From: an uncultured Verrucomicrobiae bacterium
GTDB taxonomy: Bacteria; Verrucomicrobiota; Verrucomicrobiia; Chthoniobacterales; Terrimicrobiaceae
Assembly (NCBI GenBank): GCA_963706955.1
Contig: CAVPOC010000003.1
Span: 672,001 to 736,000 of the forward strand
Length of the DNA: 64,000 nt
Reading direction: 5' to 3'
Both the position numbers and the translations under genes were made by a program. Shown piece after piece: positions 1 through 10,432 of this stretch. Numbering within the stretch: position 1 is the first letter of the stretch; the number at the start of each line of letters is the position of its first letter. Below the pieces are notes generated by a model. The model searched no databases, had not been told where the DNA came from, and saw nothing but the letters and a program-made list of their open reading frames with translations.

Positions 1-471
1 ATCACGGCGATTCTCCGGGACAAACTCGAGGATGAGCGGCTCGCTCGCATCATTGACGCAGCAGAGTGCCGGAATATCCCGGTTGAGGACGCGTTCCGCC
101 TGGTTGCCCAACGTTTCGCGGAAGCCTTCGATCCCGTCTTTCTGCGTCTCTATTATCATAGCGCGCTGGAAGACCATGTCCTGGCGGAGGCGTTCTATGA
201 ACAGTTTGTCAGCAGGTTTGTAGCCTTGGTCGAACAATTGATCGCGCGCGGCATCAAAGAACGCAAATTTCGCAAGGTTGATCGCAGCGTCGCGGCTCGA
301 GCCTTCACCGGAATGCTGCGCAGTTACTTCCTTACGAATGAGCTGTTCCCGAGCCATGCCTTAAGCGGGGACCCCACCGACGTCTCACTTAGCTTTTGCG
401 ATTTGTTTCTCAATGGGGTAAGCACACGAAATCCCAACCTAAATGGCACGGCCAAGCACTGGAAGGCTTGA
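1..471 (+). CDS. TetR/AcrR family regulator, C-terminal part (5' truncated by window edge)
   Basis: Frame 1 is open from base 1 (ITAILRDKLEDE...FLRLYYHSALEDH...LIARGIKERKFRKVDRSVAARAFTGML); resembles the helical ligand-binding domain of TetR proteins. Confidence 0.65.
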   Translation: MTAILRDKLEDERLARIIDAAECRNIPVEDAFRLVAQRFAEAFDPVFLRLYYHSALEDHVLAEAFYEQFVSRFVALVEQLIARGIKERKFRKVDRSVAARAFTGMLRSYFLTNELFPSHALSGDPTDVSLSFCDLFLNGVSTRNPNLNGTAKHWKA

Positions 472-599
472 GGCTTGTTGCGCTCGTGTTGGCACGGTTG
501 ACGAGCGGCGAAGCTTGCGGAACTAATGTATCCGAGCATCACCTCAGCTTACGGCAGGATGAGCTGGTATCTAGCCGACTGGAAGAGTCATTCGGACCC

Positions 600-650
600 T
601 TGTGTCAACGACCAGCAAAATCGTCAGGCGCTTGGCACAAGCTCCTTCAA
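600..650. repeat. Degenerate REP doublet, same family as 59791-59856
   Basis: TTGTGTCAACGACCAGCAAAATCGTCAGGCGCTTGGCACAAGCTCCTTCAA aligns with TTGTGTCAAACGCCCAGCGAAAATCACAGGCGCTTGGCACAAGCGCCTCTACAA; lies between convergent genes. Confidence 0.7.
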
Positions 651-692
651 ACTCCTCGATTTCAGCGTTGCAGCGCGCGACTTAGCATGCCG

Positions 693-1967
693 TCAGCTAT
701 TTCTCTCCGCATCGGCGGACCGACCCGATCGCACCATTAGCTGCATCGCTTTCTCCGCCAGCTTGTCGAAAGCAATCACGGCAGCTTCGATGTGTTCTTC
801 TTTGGTGTCCTCAATCTTGTTGTGACTGATCCCGTAGAGGCTTTGCACAAACATCATTGCCGTGGGGATGCCGGCGCGCGCCACTTCGGCGGCATCATGC
901 AGGGGACCCGACGGAAGGCGGTGAACGGCGCCGCAAGTTTCGCGGATCGCCTCATCGCAGAGAGCTAATAGTTCGCTGTCAAAGGGAATCGGTTCAATCC
1001 GCATAAGGCGCTCCCAGGAAACCGACACATCTCCCTCCTCAGCGAATCGGTCGCTCGAATGTCTGGCCTCCTCGAGCATCCTCGCAAGAGCGGCAGGATC
1101 GAGGTGACGCTGGTCGAGAGTGATTCGACATTCGGCGACGACACTGGTGACGATGCCAGGAAAAGTCGCACAGTTCCCGATGGTGCAAACGCCGCCATGA
1201 TGGTTGGCAATCCGGTAGATCTCAGGACTCATCTTCGCGGCCGCCAAAAAGGCGTCACGACGTCTGTTCATAGGGGTGCTGCCGGAATGCGCGGCCTGAC
1301 CCCGAAATGTGATCGCGTGCCGCTCGACGCCAAAGGTCCCGAGCACGGCTCCGAGCGGCAAATCCAAATCGAGCAATACCGGTCCCTGTTCGATGTGCAG
1401 CTCGATATAGGCGCCCGCATTTTGCAGTTCCTTGCCGCTATCCTTCAAACGTTCAAGATCGATTCCGTGCTCGGCGAGGACATCGATCAAGGCAATTGCG
1501 TCCTTGTCGTGCAGTCGGCGGGCCTCCTCGAGATCGACGTAACCTGAGCAAGCTGAAGATCCGAAAAGGCTCATGCCGAACCGGGCACCCTCCTCATCAG
1601 CCCAGTCGACGAGACGGACCGACACCGGCGGTTGGCCGCCATAGTGGCGGTTGATCCGGCGCAAAACTTCCAGCCCTGCCAGCAGATTCAAGGAACCGTC
1701 CAGCCAACCGCCGTTCGGGACCGAATCGATGTGGCCACCAATGACGAGTGCCTGCTCGGATCCTCCCGCCAGCGTTGCCCAGACATTCCCCGCTTGGTCT
1801 CGATGGATCTCCACCGGGAGTTCTTCGAGCTTCTCTCGAAACCAAGCTCGCGCTTTGGTCCAGGTCGCTGTAAAGGCGACCCGCTGGGCTCCATTTTCAT
1901 CCGACGTAAGCGTCCTGAGTTCTTTAAGTTCGCTTAGCGTCCTCTGAGGATCGAGTTCAGCCTTCAC
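693..1967 (-). CDS. M20 family Zn-dependent amidohydrolase (allantoate amidohydrolase / N-carbamoyl-L-amino-acid hydrolase type)
   Basis: Motifs GGHIDSVPNGGWLDG, DEEGARFG, ELHIEQGP, AHSGSTPM, HDA, GISHN. Confidence 0.9.
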   Translation of the reverse strand: MKAELDPQRTLSELKELRTLTSDENGAQRVAFTATWTKARAWFREKLEELPVEIHRDQAGNVWATLAGGSEQALVIGGHIDSVPNGGWLDGSLNLLAGLEVLRRINRHYGGQPPVSVRLVDWADEEGARFGMSLFGSSACSGYVDLEEARRLHDKDAIALIDVLAEHGIDLERLKDSGKELQNAGAYIELHIEQGPVLLDLDLPLGAVLGTFGVERHAITFRGQAAHSGSTPMNRRRDAFLAAAKMSPEIYRIANHHGGVCTIGNCATFPGIVTSVVAECRITLDQRHLDPAALARMLEEARHSSDRFAEEGDVSVSWERLMRIEPIPFDSELLALCDEAIRETCGAVHRLPSGPLHDAAEVARAGIPTAMMFVQSLYGISHNKIEDTKEEHIEAAVIAFDKLAEKAMQLMVRSGRSADAERNS

Positions 1968-2704
1968 TCCCTAGCTTTCTCCAGTTCAGCGCGCATAGTC
2001 TGGGACTCTGCATTGTTCTCGAACGCCCGCATGAAGGTGGGCACTCCCTCCTTCAAAAAGAAGACGATGATCGCATTTCGAATCAGACCTTCCTGGCGCA
2101 TGAGCAAAGGAATTCTTTCTCCGTCTATTAGTGCGGTGTATTGAGCTCTTGCGGGTTGACCCTCCAGCACAGCGCACTCGCCCGGTTTGATGGCGACTTC
2201 ATTCTTTGCATTCACAAACGCCAAGTGTTTGCCTGGCATTCCGTTGATAATCCGCAACCTCACCGGCGCCTTTGATGATGTATGCGGATAGACTTGGAAG
2301 AGCACGTTCGGCGGATAGCCGGCTTCCTCGCCAGTAAGTCCACTGCCCGGCTGTCTTAGCACTCCTGGCGGCGATGTGCGGGAAAAATCACCTACAATAA
2401 CCAACGACTGGTAGGCGCCAGGAGCGTAAGTAATCCTCTCAGACTTTGCTTTGGTTCCGGATAGCTGATCTTCTGCTTCATAAGTCGCCTCGAGCAGCGG
2501 AAGCGCAGCATCTCCAGATCTCTGGCCCTGAGAAAAGGTGTCGTAGGCTAAGGTCTCATTGATCCTAAGAGAGAGAACCGGTACACTTGTGGCATTGATG
2601 ATCTGCACGCTCGCCATCGCCGGCGCTTCTTCTGCCTGTGCGGCAAGCTGTGCCGGAAGCTCGCCAAGTGTAATCAGAAAGAGACCCGACGCGATCAAAC
2701 GCAT
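1964..2704 (-). CDS. Hypothetical exported protein, beta-rich, coupled to the pseudopilin cassette
   Basis: 246-aa ORF with N-terminal signal-like segment; repeated V(Q/R)IIN(A/G) strands; overlaps both neighbours by 1-4 nt. Confidence 0.65.
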   Translation of the reverse strand: MRLIASGLFLITLGELPAQLAAQAEEAPAMASVQIINATSVPVLSLRINETLAYDTFSQGQRSGDAALPLLEATYEAEDQLSGTKAKSERITYAPGAYQSLVIVGDFSRTSPPGVLRQPGSGLTGEEAGYPPNVLFQVYPHTSSKAPVRLRIINGMPGKHLAFVNAKNEVAIKPGECAVLEGQPARAQYTALIDGERIPLLMRQEGLIRNAIIVFFLKEGVPTFMRAFENNAESQTMRAELEKARE

Positions 2705-5322
2705 TAGAAACTCCGCTGGAAGGTGATCACGGGCCGGACACCTCCGCCGGCTTCATTTTGAAGGAAGAGGATTGCCTCAATGGCGGCTCGTCCGCGCGGC
2801 TTCCCACCGGCATCGAACGATTCGCCCACTGCGATGATGCGGTAAGTGCGGGATTGAACAGTCAGATGCTGAACGAGCTTCCCAAACGCCTCCTCACGGA
2901 CGCGATCTGCAGCCGCAAGATTTGTGGTTCCGCCGCCCACCGAAACTCGAAAAGTCGGCGAATAGCTTTCTCCATCAGCAAAGCTTTGCATCGCCTTGTG
3001 CAGATCGGACAGGCTGCCGTAAGGTCGATGGCTCACCAGATCTGCCGCGACCGCAGCCGGATTGGCCAAGAGCGCCTCCGGGATTCCTCCGTCTGAAGTC
3101 ACCTTGATTCCCGACAAGATCGCCGCAAGCACCTCGGGAGCGGCGGTGTTCGGATTTATGCGCCCGAGAGCAGCCGGATATCCGCCACTGTTGGCGTTGG
3201 TTTGATTCACCGTAAAGAGGTCCAGTAGCTCGATGGCGCGGCGACCGTTAGTGTCCCAATTGTGTGTGGAAGAGCTCCTAAATTCCGGCTGGCCGATCCT
3301 TAGGGTTCTCCCGCCACCAGAGATCTTATCGTTCACGGGTAGCTCGCTGGATTTGGGAGCACTCAGATCATCGGCCGCTTGCGATGGATCAAAAATGTGC
3401 CCGAGCTCGCCGATCGATTGCATCGCTCGGTTGAGAAGGACCGCGGGTGCGGCTGGTCCATCGTTGACCGGATCATAGACGGTTGAAACTTGAGAGGGCG
3501 TCTGATCGATGCTCGCAGGCGCGGTTCCGACCGAGGGATTGTTCCTGACGAAATCGCGTTGAACCCAATGCGCGCTAAAGTCCTGATAACGCGGCGTAAC
3601 GTTCTCCTGCCGTCCCTTCCAGCGGGTCCTTGTGGCGTAGCCTGCGTTTCCGAGCGTCGGCCAATCATAGTTGCAGAGGTAAGTGGCGCGACTGTCACCA
3701 ACAAACCGCCAATTGACCGCCGAAGCTTGAGTGGGAATAAAAGAAGATTGCCAGCGGTTGTTGGTGTCCGAAAGGGACAATCCAAATCGAACCATGCCGC
3801 TGATCGCGACATCGGGTCCAACCGGGTCACGCCGGTTCATATCGGCGAGGTGGCCGCCCATGTAGAACTCGAATGGACAATGAGTCGTTTGGTCGCTGTT
3901 TCCGCTCGGACCATCATCCCAATGGGGAACGTCATTTACCGGACCGAGACTCGCCCAAGTCTGCCTCACCGTGGGAAACTCCAGGACGGCAAATTCGTTT
4001 GGTCCGATCATCAGGCTAGCCGTGATCGCCTGATCATAGTCATCGAAGGGTGTGACGATTGCGGTGCCAAAGCTAACTAGCATTCGGTTGCGGACGACGA
4101 ATCGAAGCTCCTGACTGTTTAGGACGATCGGAATAGTGTATGGATTCCACACCTGCGCAAAGCACTGGCTCTCGATCGTGGCGGTCGCAGTCGATGCGTT
4201 CGTATTAAGACTCATGAGTCGAAATCTTTCGGCGACGGCGGTAATCATCGGAAAAAGATCGCGTCCCGCCGGTTCGCCTCCGTTGACCAATGTCGAAATG
4301 GCGTCTGAATCGACATAGTCGACGATTCCGGCCGCAAGACGGCGCAAGTAGCGCATTTCGTCAGCCGCGTTGCCGCGCAAGCTCGGGTCGCGCGAGGAAA
4401 ACGAAGGAAGGTTCGAGGAGACGATCTGCGCGAGGCGATCGGCGCGGTCGCCCGAGCTCGCGGCCGCATCCGTCGCGAGGATGTTGATATTGTACTTGGG
4501 GCGTCCTCCGTCAGACAGACCTGCGGGAATGATGTCAAAAGTTGAATTTGTTTGCACCGTAAGCAAATGCTTGACGCGCTCATAATCGCTTCGGCTGGCG
4601 AATCCCTGGGCCAAGGATTCAGGAGTCAGAATGAGGTGGCTTAGGCCGAGCACGCGCGCCTGTTCGTCTGGCGTTAGAATCGCAGCTGACGCGTTCGTGA
4701 GAGAGATGTCGTTTGGACCCGAATACCAAGCGATTGGATCCGACATGCTTCCCATTCCTGTATGGAGCAACGGATTCACTCTGGCATCTTCATCGAGAAC
4801 GACAAACGCGTAGCGGCCAATCCGCTCGCCGGAGCTACTGGATATTTCCACCCAGGGAGCGCGATAGGAAATATTCGTGCTCTGAATAATTCCCGAGCGG
4901 CCGTTGACGTCCGTGCTATTTGTTCCCATCATATTGGCAAACAAGATAGGGAGCGAATTGGTCCATTCGCTTTGCAGAAAATTCTCCTGAAGGTTTGGAG
5001 CGATCGACACCAATGGCATTATCTGCCGCGGATCTGAAAGGTTGGTGCGGCCAATTACGACGACCGGCGCGTTACTCGGTGAGAAGTTGGTGCTGCCGGT
5101 GACAAAGCCATTGTTGGTTCCTGCCGCGGTCAGGAGTTGATTGATCGCCGACTGCAATCCCGCGCGGGCGGAAAGTTCTGCCTGAAGCACGTTTTTCGCG
5201 CTCTTTGCCGTTAGCCGATCGATCGAGGTACTCTGCATGAAAGCGACCACGAGCGTGCTGAGGACCACGATGCCGAGGAGAGTCGTGACCAACGAGGCGG
5301 CCTTGCTTCCTCTTCGCCTCAC
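2704..5322 (-). CDS. Large PilX/GspK-like protein (Verru_Chthon cassette protein A-like)
   Basis: GTG at 5322 overlaps the upstream stop; N-terminus RGSKAASLVTTLLGIVVLSTLVVAF; GRYAFVVLDEDARVN, GRINPNTA and LTVQSRTYRIIAVG segments are typical of this family. Confidence 0.75.
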   Translation of the reverse strand: MRRRGSKAASLVTTLLGIVVLSTLVVAFMQSTSIDRLTAKSAKNVLQAELSARAGLQSAINQLLTAAGTNNGFVTGSTNFSPSNAPVVVIGRTNLSDPRQIMPLVSIAPNLQENFLQSEWTNSLPILFANMMGTNSTDVNGRSGIIQSTNISYRAPWVEISSSSGERIGRYAFVVLDEDARVNPLLHTGMGSMSDPIAWYSGPNDISLTNASAAILTPDEQARVLGLSHLILTPESLAQGFASRSDYERVKHLLTVQTNSTFDIIPAGLSDGGRPKYNINILATDAAASSGDRADRLAQIVSSNLPSFSSRDPSLRGNAADEMRYLRRLAAGIVDYVDSDAISTLVNGGEPAGRDLFPMITAVAERFRLMSLNTNASTATATIESQCFAQVWNPYTIPIVLNSQELRFVVRNRMLVSFGTAIVTPFDDYDQAITASLMIGPNEFAVLEFPTVRQTWASLGPVNDVPHWDDGPSGNSDQTTHCPFEFYMGGHLADMNRRDPVGPDVAISGMVRFGLSLSDTNNRWQSSFIPTQASAVNWRFVGDSRATYLCNYDWPTLGNAGYATRTRWKGRQENVTPRYQDFSAHWVQRDFVRNNPSVGTAPASIDQTPSQVSTVYDPVNDGPAAPAVLLNRAMQSIGELGHIFDPSQAADDLSAPKSSELPVNDKISGGGRTLRIGQPEFRSSSTHNWDTNGRRAIELLDLFTVNQTNANSGGYPAALGRINPNTAAPEVLAAILSGIKVTSDGGIPEALLANPAAVAADLVSHRPYGSLSDLHKAMQSFADGESYSPTFRVSVGGGTTNLAAADRVREEAFGKLVQHLTVQSRTYRIIAVGESFDAGGKPRGRAAIEAILFLQNEAGGGVRPVITFQRSF

Positions 5323-6113
5323 CGCCTCGTTCCGACGTTGACTCGCGTGGTGAAGCTTTGCACCGCTTTCCTCATGAGAAGGGAATTCGTGTCTGTCCAC
5401 CGGTCGAGATCTGCCAGCTTTTGGGCGGCATCGTGCCCGATCGTGATGAGCGTAATCTCGATAATTTCGGGAAGCGGCGCCTCAGCCGTGGGCACAAAGG
5501 GGATCCAGTCTCCGCCGCTGGAGTTGACTGGCGTAATCTTCATCCCAACGACATTCCGCGCCAGCAATTCCTCGCTCGCGGCGCCGGTTGCGACGTTAGT
5601 GAACAATGAACCCGAGATCATATTGGAGAATGTCTGATTGCTGCTCCTGAAGTATCGGTAGAGATTCAGAGTGCGATTGGTGCTGACGGGAGTTCGGTCG
5701 AGCGCGAGAAAAAAACCAACTTCACACACGTCGCTTTTCGAGCCGCCTTCCTGTGCCGACGGCGGGAGAGAAGCAAGGAAAAAGACATTGCTGCCATAGT
5801 TAGTTCCCGCAGCGCCGGACTGCAGATTAAACCTCATGCAGTTCACATTAGTTCCCGTTACGGCATTGCGGAGATCGCGGGTCATGACCGTCAGCGCGCC
5901 GCGCGCCTCGCGACAGGCGTCGGTGCGGCCTTCGTTATCTCGCCAAAGGTCGACGGCACCCTCGACCAGAGACATCATCACCACGCCGAGCACGGCAAGC
6001 ACCATCATCGACACGAGCATTTCAATCAGCGTGAAAGCACGGGATCGCAGGCGGCCCCCTTGGCCCGATGATTCGCCGCGCCTCAAGGCGCATGAAGTTG
6101 CGGAGAGCTTCAT
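5319..6113 (-). CDS. Prepilin-type N-terminal cleavage/methylation protein (PilW/GspJ-like, cassette protein C-like)
   Basis: RAFTLIEMLVSMMVLAVLGVVMM type IV pilin leader. Confidence 0.8.
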   Translation of the reverse strand: MKLSATSCALRRGESSGQGGRLRSRAFTLIEMLVSMMVLAVLGVVMMSLVEGAVDLWRDNEGRTDACREARGALTVMTRDLRNAVTGTNVNCMRFNLQSGAAGTNYGSNVFFLASLPPSAQEGGSKSDVCEVGFFLALDRTPVSTNRTLNLYRYFRSSNQTFSNMISGSLFTNVATGAASEELLARNVVGMKITPVNSSGGDWIPFVPTAEAPLPEIIEITLITIGHDAAQKLADLDRWTDTNSLLMRKAVQSFTTRVNVGTRR

Positions 6114-6620
6114 CTAGCGCTGGCTCATCAAAGAAACGAAGACAAACCTCGACCTTCTGGGTGACGGTGCGCTCGCCGGTGCTTCGACGGTAGCTTGCAC
6201 GCGCGAAATTCCAGGCCGTGGATAATTAGGGGTCAGACGAACTTCCGCGACGAAATAGGCATCCGCCGCAGTGATCGCATTCCCGAAGTCTTGCGAAGCA
6301 ACTTGATTTGTTACTCCTTCTCCCTGCTCGTCATAGAGCAGGACGCTGCTGGATGCCTTCGCAAGATCTAATCCGGAAATCCGCGCGTGAACATTTGTCA
6401 CCGAGGGCGCTCTGACCAAACTGATGTTCGTGGCCGCAAGCGATTGGATCTCGTCAACAATTCGCCTGGCAATCAAGGTCGCGCGCGTCTCAGCACTGCT
6501 CTCCCTTGCCGTCTGCAGAGCCACGGGAAAGAGGCCGATAATCGCAACGAGGGCAAAGGAAAGGATGGCTAATGAGAGCGCGGCCTCCACCAGCGAAAAG
6601 CCAGTCAGCCTCGACCTCAT
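6114..6620 (-). CDS. Prepilin-type protein (PilV/GspI-like, cassette protein B-like)
   Basis: GFSLVEAALSLAILSFALVAIIGLFPVAL leader. Confidence 0.85.
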   Translation of the reverse strand: MRSRLTGFSLVEAALSLAILSFALVAIIGLFPVALQTARESSAETRATLIARRIVDEIQSLAATNISLVRAPSVTNVHARISGLDLAKASSSVLLYDEQGEGVTNQVASQDFGNAITAADAYFVAEVRLTPNYPRPGISRVQATVEAPASAPSPRRSRFVFVSLMSQR

Positions 6621-7477
6621 TGAAGACCCGTCGTGGTAACATTGAATTGGACGCGCCCGCTATAGCGCGAAAGGCTTATCTTTTCGAAAAGCTTCCCGCC
6701 AGGTCGGGTCTGAATGTCCTGATCTCCGGACCAATAGCCCTCGTAAAGGAACAACTCGATCGGATTGGTGGCGCCACTCACTGCTCCAGAGCTGTTGAAC
6801 GACAAGCAGGGAAGGGTCTCATCGCTTTGAGCAGCCGAGAGCACCTCGTTCAAGCCGACGAACGTTTGGCCGCCGGATTCCGGAACCACACTGCCGGCCA
6901 CCCTCTTCAAAGCGACATTACCCGGCAGTTTCGTCCACTTTTTGAGAACCATATAGTCCTTGGCGCCGGCTGCGCGTTCCTCATCCGATGTGTCCCGAAA
7001 CACGAGGAAGGCCTTATATCTCATCTCTTCGGCGGGGAAATCTTTGTCCGCGAAACCCACGTGCACGGTCTGACCTGACTCGAGAGCGGCGATTCTGGCG
7101 TGTTCGAAAGCGTTCATCAATATGTTCACCGCTCCGCGACGACCGAGCGAGCTCGAGAAGCTGCCGATCGAAGAATACAGAAGTCCTGCCGTAAGGATGA
7201 TCAACGCCGACACCGTGAGCAGTTCGAGTAGGCTCGCGCCCCGGCAAGAAGCCTCATGTTGACGAAGAGGGCGACAAGGCCAATCTGAACGGCTTCGATG
7301 ATCGATGTCTCGTGCGACAAGGCGTAATTCTCTAGACCGTCCGCGCCGGAAACGAGTCGCCGCATGCCTTCGAAATCGGGACAAAAGGGATCCGTGTGAT
7401 GATGACTCGCCCTTCGACCCCAGGGCGTCTTCACTGATCGTGTGCCCGCCACATGTATCATATAATCTTCGGATCAA
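6617..7477 (-). CDS. Prepilin-type protein (GspH/FimT-like, cassette protein D-like); true start probably well downstream of 7477
   Basis: RGASLLELLTVSALII hydrophobic leader near 7240; ARIAAL helix; LSFNSSGA and SRYSGRV at the C-terminus. Confidence 0.75.
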   Translation of the reverse strand: MIRRLYDTCGGHTISEDALGSKGESSSHGSLLSRFRRHAATRFRRGRSRELRLVARDIDHRSRSDWPCRPLRQHEASCRGASLLELLTVSALIILTAGLLYSSIGSFSSSLGRRGAVNILMNAFEHARIAALESGQTVHVGFADKDFPAEEMRYKAFLVFRDTSDEERAAGAKDYMVLKKWTKLPGNVALKRVAGSVVPESGGQTFVGLNEVLSAAQSDETLPCLSFNSSGAVSGATNPIELFLYEGYWSGDQDIQTRPGGKLFEKISLSRYSGRVQFNVTTTGLQ

Positions 7478-7649
7478 TCTGAGGTCCCGTTAGATGTGAT
7501 TGGGACCGCTTGCACCGGCAACCAAGCTTGTCTTCCAAGGTGAAGGGGCCCCGTTAATCTTATTAGTAAGGCAACAGAAGCACCGAGTTTCAAAGTTTCC
7601 CCACCCGGAGGCGGCGTCTGCCAGCGCTCTTGCCGAGCAATCGTAAAGC

Positions 7650-7862
7650 TGGCGCCGTTGGCGCTAAACCGAGAGACTCACGCCTATCGACGAACCGCTC
7701 CGGCCACGCGGCGCTGAAAACCGACAAAATGCACTCTTGCCGAAGCAAACCTTCCTCCGGTCGTGCAGCCTTCCAGCGCCAAGGGCGCGACTCATATTAG
7801 CCTCGGGCACCGCCCGAGGAACCACATGCAAATACCATCTTCAGCGCTGAAAGCGCGATTCA
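7650..7862. repeat. Cluster of short palindromic REP/MITE-like motifs
   Basis: GGCGCCGTTGGCGCT (7651-7665), CAGCGCCAAGGGCGCGACTCA (7774-7794), hairpin CCTCGGGC-ACC-GCCCGAGG (7801-7819), CAGCGCTGAAAGCGCGATTCA (7842-7862). Confidence 0.55.
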
Positions 7863-8003
7863 CGGTTCTCGGGGCCCGCCCGCACTGGGTATTTTGATTC
7901 GCGGCGGCGTCTACGCTGCAAACCGCTTACCCACGGAAAATGCCTCCACGCGTGCGGTCAACCCTGCACCCGCGCCAAACCCCAACCGCGACCACGGTGC
8001 GGT

Positions 8004-9590
8004 CTAATTCGTCGGCATGACGAACTGTGCGCCTGTCGACGTGTCGCCTTCGGTGCCAGAGGTGTAAGTGAGCTCGATACTCGCCGGTTCGCCGGCCGGC
8101 CAGCGCTGCATCACGCTCTTGTAGCGCGTGTAGAAGCGAATTCCCTCTTCACCGTAGATGTGCTGGCTCCCGAAAAGCGAGCGCTTCCACCCTCCAAACG
8201 AATGCCACGCCATCGGGACCGGAATTGGGACATTGATTCCGACCATGCCGATCTGAACACGCCGCGAAAACTCGCGGGCAGTTCCTCCATTCCGTGTGTA
8301 GCAAGAGACTCCGTTTCCAAACTCGTGGGCGTTGATCAATTCAATCGCACTGTCAAGATTAGGGACGCGAACCACGCACAGGACCGGTCCAAAGATCTCC
8401 TCCTTATAAATCTTCATGTCGGAGTTCACGTGGTCGAACAAAGAGCCCGCGAGGAAGAAGCCATTCTCGCGTCCCGGCGCCTTGAAGCCCCGACCATCAA
8501 CCACCAACTGTGCACCGGACTTGACCCCATCTTCGATATAGCTCTCGATCTTCGCCTTGTGCACAGCGGTGACAACCGGGCCCATCTCGGACTCAGGATC
8601 CATGCCGTCATTGATTTTCAAAGCCTCGACACGGGGTTTGAGCTTCTCGATCAGCTTGTCACCGGTTTTGCCGACGGCGACCGCGACGGAGATCGCCATG
8701 CACCGCTCTCCTGCTGAACCATAGGCCGCGCCGAGGAGCGCATCAGCGGCGTGGTCGAGATCGGCGTCCGGCATGACCACCAGGTGGTTCTTGGCGCCAC
8801 CAAGAGCTTGCACGCGCTTGCCGCGCCTGGTCGATTCCCGGTAGATGTATTCAGCGATCGGCGTCGAACCGACAAAGGAAAGCGCCTCCACTTGAGGATG
8901 TTCGATCAGCGCATCGACGGCCACCTTGTCCCCCTGCACGACATTGAAGACACCGTCAGGCGCCCCGGCTTCCTTGAGCAGTTCCGCCATTCTCAAGGAG
9001 GGAGAAGGATCGCGTTCCGAGGGCTTCAAGACGAAGGTATTTCCGCAAGCAAGCGCCACCGGGAACATCCACATCGGCACCATCACCGGAAAGTTGAACG
9101 GCGTGATTCCCGCGACCACTCCGAGCGGCTGGCGCATGCTCCAATTATCGATACCGCCGCCAATTTCCTCACTGTATTGGCCCTTTAAGAGGTGGGGAAT
9201 GCCGCAGACAAACTCGACGACTTCCATGCCGCGGACAACTTCGCCCTTGGCGTCGGAGAAGACCTTCCCGTGTTCACGGGTGATCATCGCCGCAAATTCG
9301 TCGTGGTGCTTTTCGATCAACGCCTTGAATCGAAACAGTACGCGCGAACGCCGCAGGGATGACAGCTGCGACCAGACGGGAAAGGCCGCGCGCGCCGCCG
9401 CCACGGCGGCGTCCACTTCAGCGCTCGAGGCCAGGGCCACCTTGGCGGTGACTTCACCGGTCGCCGGGTTGAATACATCGCTCGTTCGCCCGCCCCCACG
9501 CACGTGCTTGCCATTGATGAAGTGCTCGAGGCGACCCGGTGTCGGACCGGTCGCGGGCGTTTCTTTTTTCTCTAAGGTTTTCGTTGCCAT
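8004..9590 (-). CDS. iolA: CoA-acylating methylmalonate/malonate-semialdehyde dehydrogenase
   Basis: [51 protein letters not shown]; iol operon context. Confidence 0.93.
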   Translation of the reverse strand: MATKTLEKKETPATGPTPGRLEHFINGKHVRGGGRTSDVFNPATGEVTAKVALASSAEVDAAVAAARAAFPVWSQLSSLRRSRVLFRFKALIEKHHDEFAAMITREHGKVFSDAKGEVVRGMEVVEFVCGIPHLLKGQYSEEIGGGIDNWSMRQPLGVVAGITPFNFPVMVPMWMFPVALACGNTFVLKPSERDPSPSLRMAELLKEAGAPDGVFNVVQGDKVAVDALIEHPQVEALSFVGSTPIAEYIYRESTRRGKRVQALGGAKNHLVVMPDADLDHAADALLGAAYGSAGERCMAISVAVAVGKTGDKLIEKLKPRVEALKINDGMDPESEMGPVVTAVHKAKIESYIEDGVKSGAQLVVDGRGFKAPGRENGFFLAGSLFDHVNSDMKIYKEEIFGPVLCVVRVPNLDSAIELINAHEFGNGVSCYTRNGGTAREFSRRVQIGMVGINVPIPVPMAWHSFGGWKRSLFGSQHIYGEEGIRFYTRYKSVMQRWPAGEPASIELTYTSGTEGDTSTGAQFVMPTN

Positions 9591-9626
9591 AACAGATAAT
9601 CTCTAAGTTTTGATTCGGAACTTGTC

Positions 9627-10424
9627 TCAGGCAGCTTTCAAAATCCACTCATGGGCGGGGTCGTTATAAAAATGCCAGACGCGCTTCGGGCCTGCCATGA
9701 CGTTAAAATAATAAGATTCGTATCCGTGTGGGACCACGACGGGATGATAACCACGGGGGACGAGCACGACGTCGCGATCCTCGACCGCTATCGACTCGTC
9801 AAGATCACGCGAATCGCTATAGACCCGCTGGAAAACGAATCCCTGCGGAGGATTGATGCGGTGGTAATAGGTCTCCTCCAGGAGACTTTCAGCTGGCACA
9901 TTGTCGATGTCGTGCTTGTGGGGCGGATAGCTCGAGGAATGCCCGCCCGGGGTGCGCACCTCCACGACGAGCACCGACTCGGCAGGCTCATCCTGGGGAA
10001 GAATGTCGCACACGTAACGTGTATTTGATCCCTTTCCACGAACGCTCCGCTTGATGGCAGCCGGCTCGATCAAACGCACTGGCAGTTTGCCCTCGGCGGG
10101 ACCGCCCGCGACCGCGATTTCTGCCTCGGTCTTCGCAGTTACGCTCAGCTTAGCGCGTGGGGGGAGATAGACCGCGGTTGGCGAGGCATCTTCGAAGACG
10201 CTCATGCGTCCACCAATCTCTTTCCAGGTAAAGTTTTCGGCCTGGGCAGAGACTATTCCCGTAAGGACAACGACACAAAGCTCGTTCGCGGGGTCAGAGA
10301 AAGTCAACGTCTCTCCGGGAGCGAGTCGATGAGCAGAAAAGCTAATGTATTTCCAGCCCGCGGACTCCGGCGTCACCGCGACGATTTCTGGCGAGTTTTT
10401 CTTAGGTTTGACGACCAGATTCAT
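9627..10424 (-). CDS. iolB: 5-deoxy-glucuronate isomerase
   Basis: SSYPPHKHD, LEETYYHR, VPRGYHPV, YYFNVMAGPKRVW. Confidence 0.95.
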   Translation of the reverse strand: MNLVVKPKKNSPEIVAVTPESAGWKYISFSAHRLAPGETLTFSDPANELCVVVLTGIVSAQAENFTWKEIGGRMSVFEDASPTAVYLPPRAKLSVTAKTEAEIAVAGGPAEGKLPVRLIEPAAIKRSVRGKGSNTRYVCDILPQDEPAESVLVVEVRTPGGHSSSYPPHKHDIDNVPAESLLEETYYHRINPPQGFVFQRVYSDSRDLDESIAVEDRDVVLVPRGYHPVVVPHGYESYYFNVMAGPKRVWHFYNDPAHEWILKAA

Positions 10425-10432
10425 GCTGTGGC

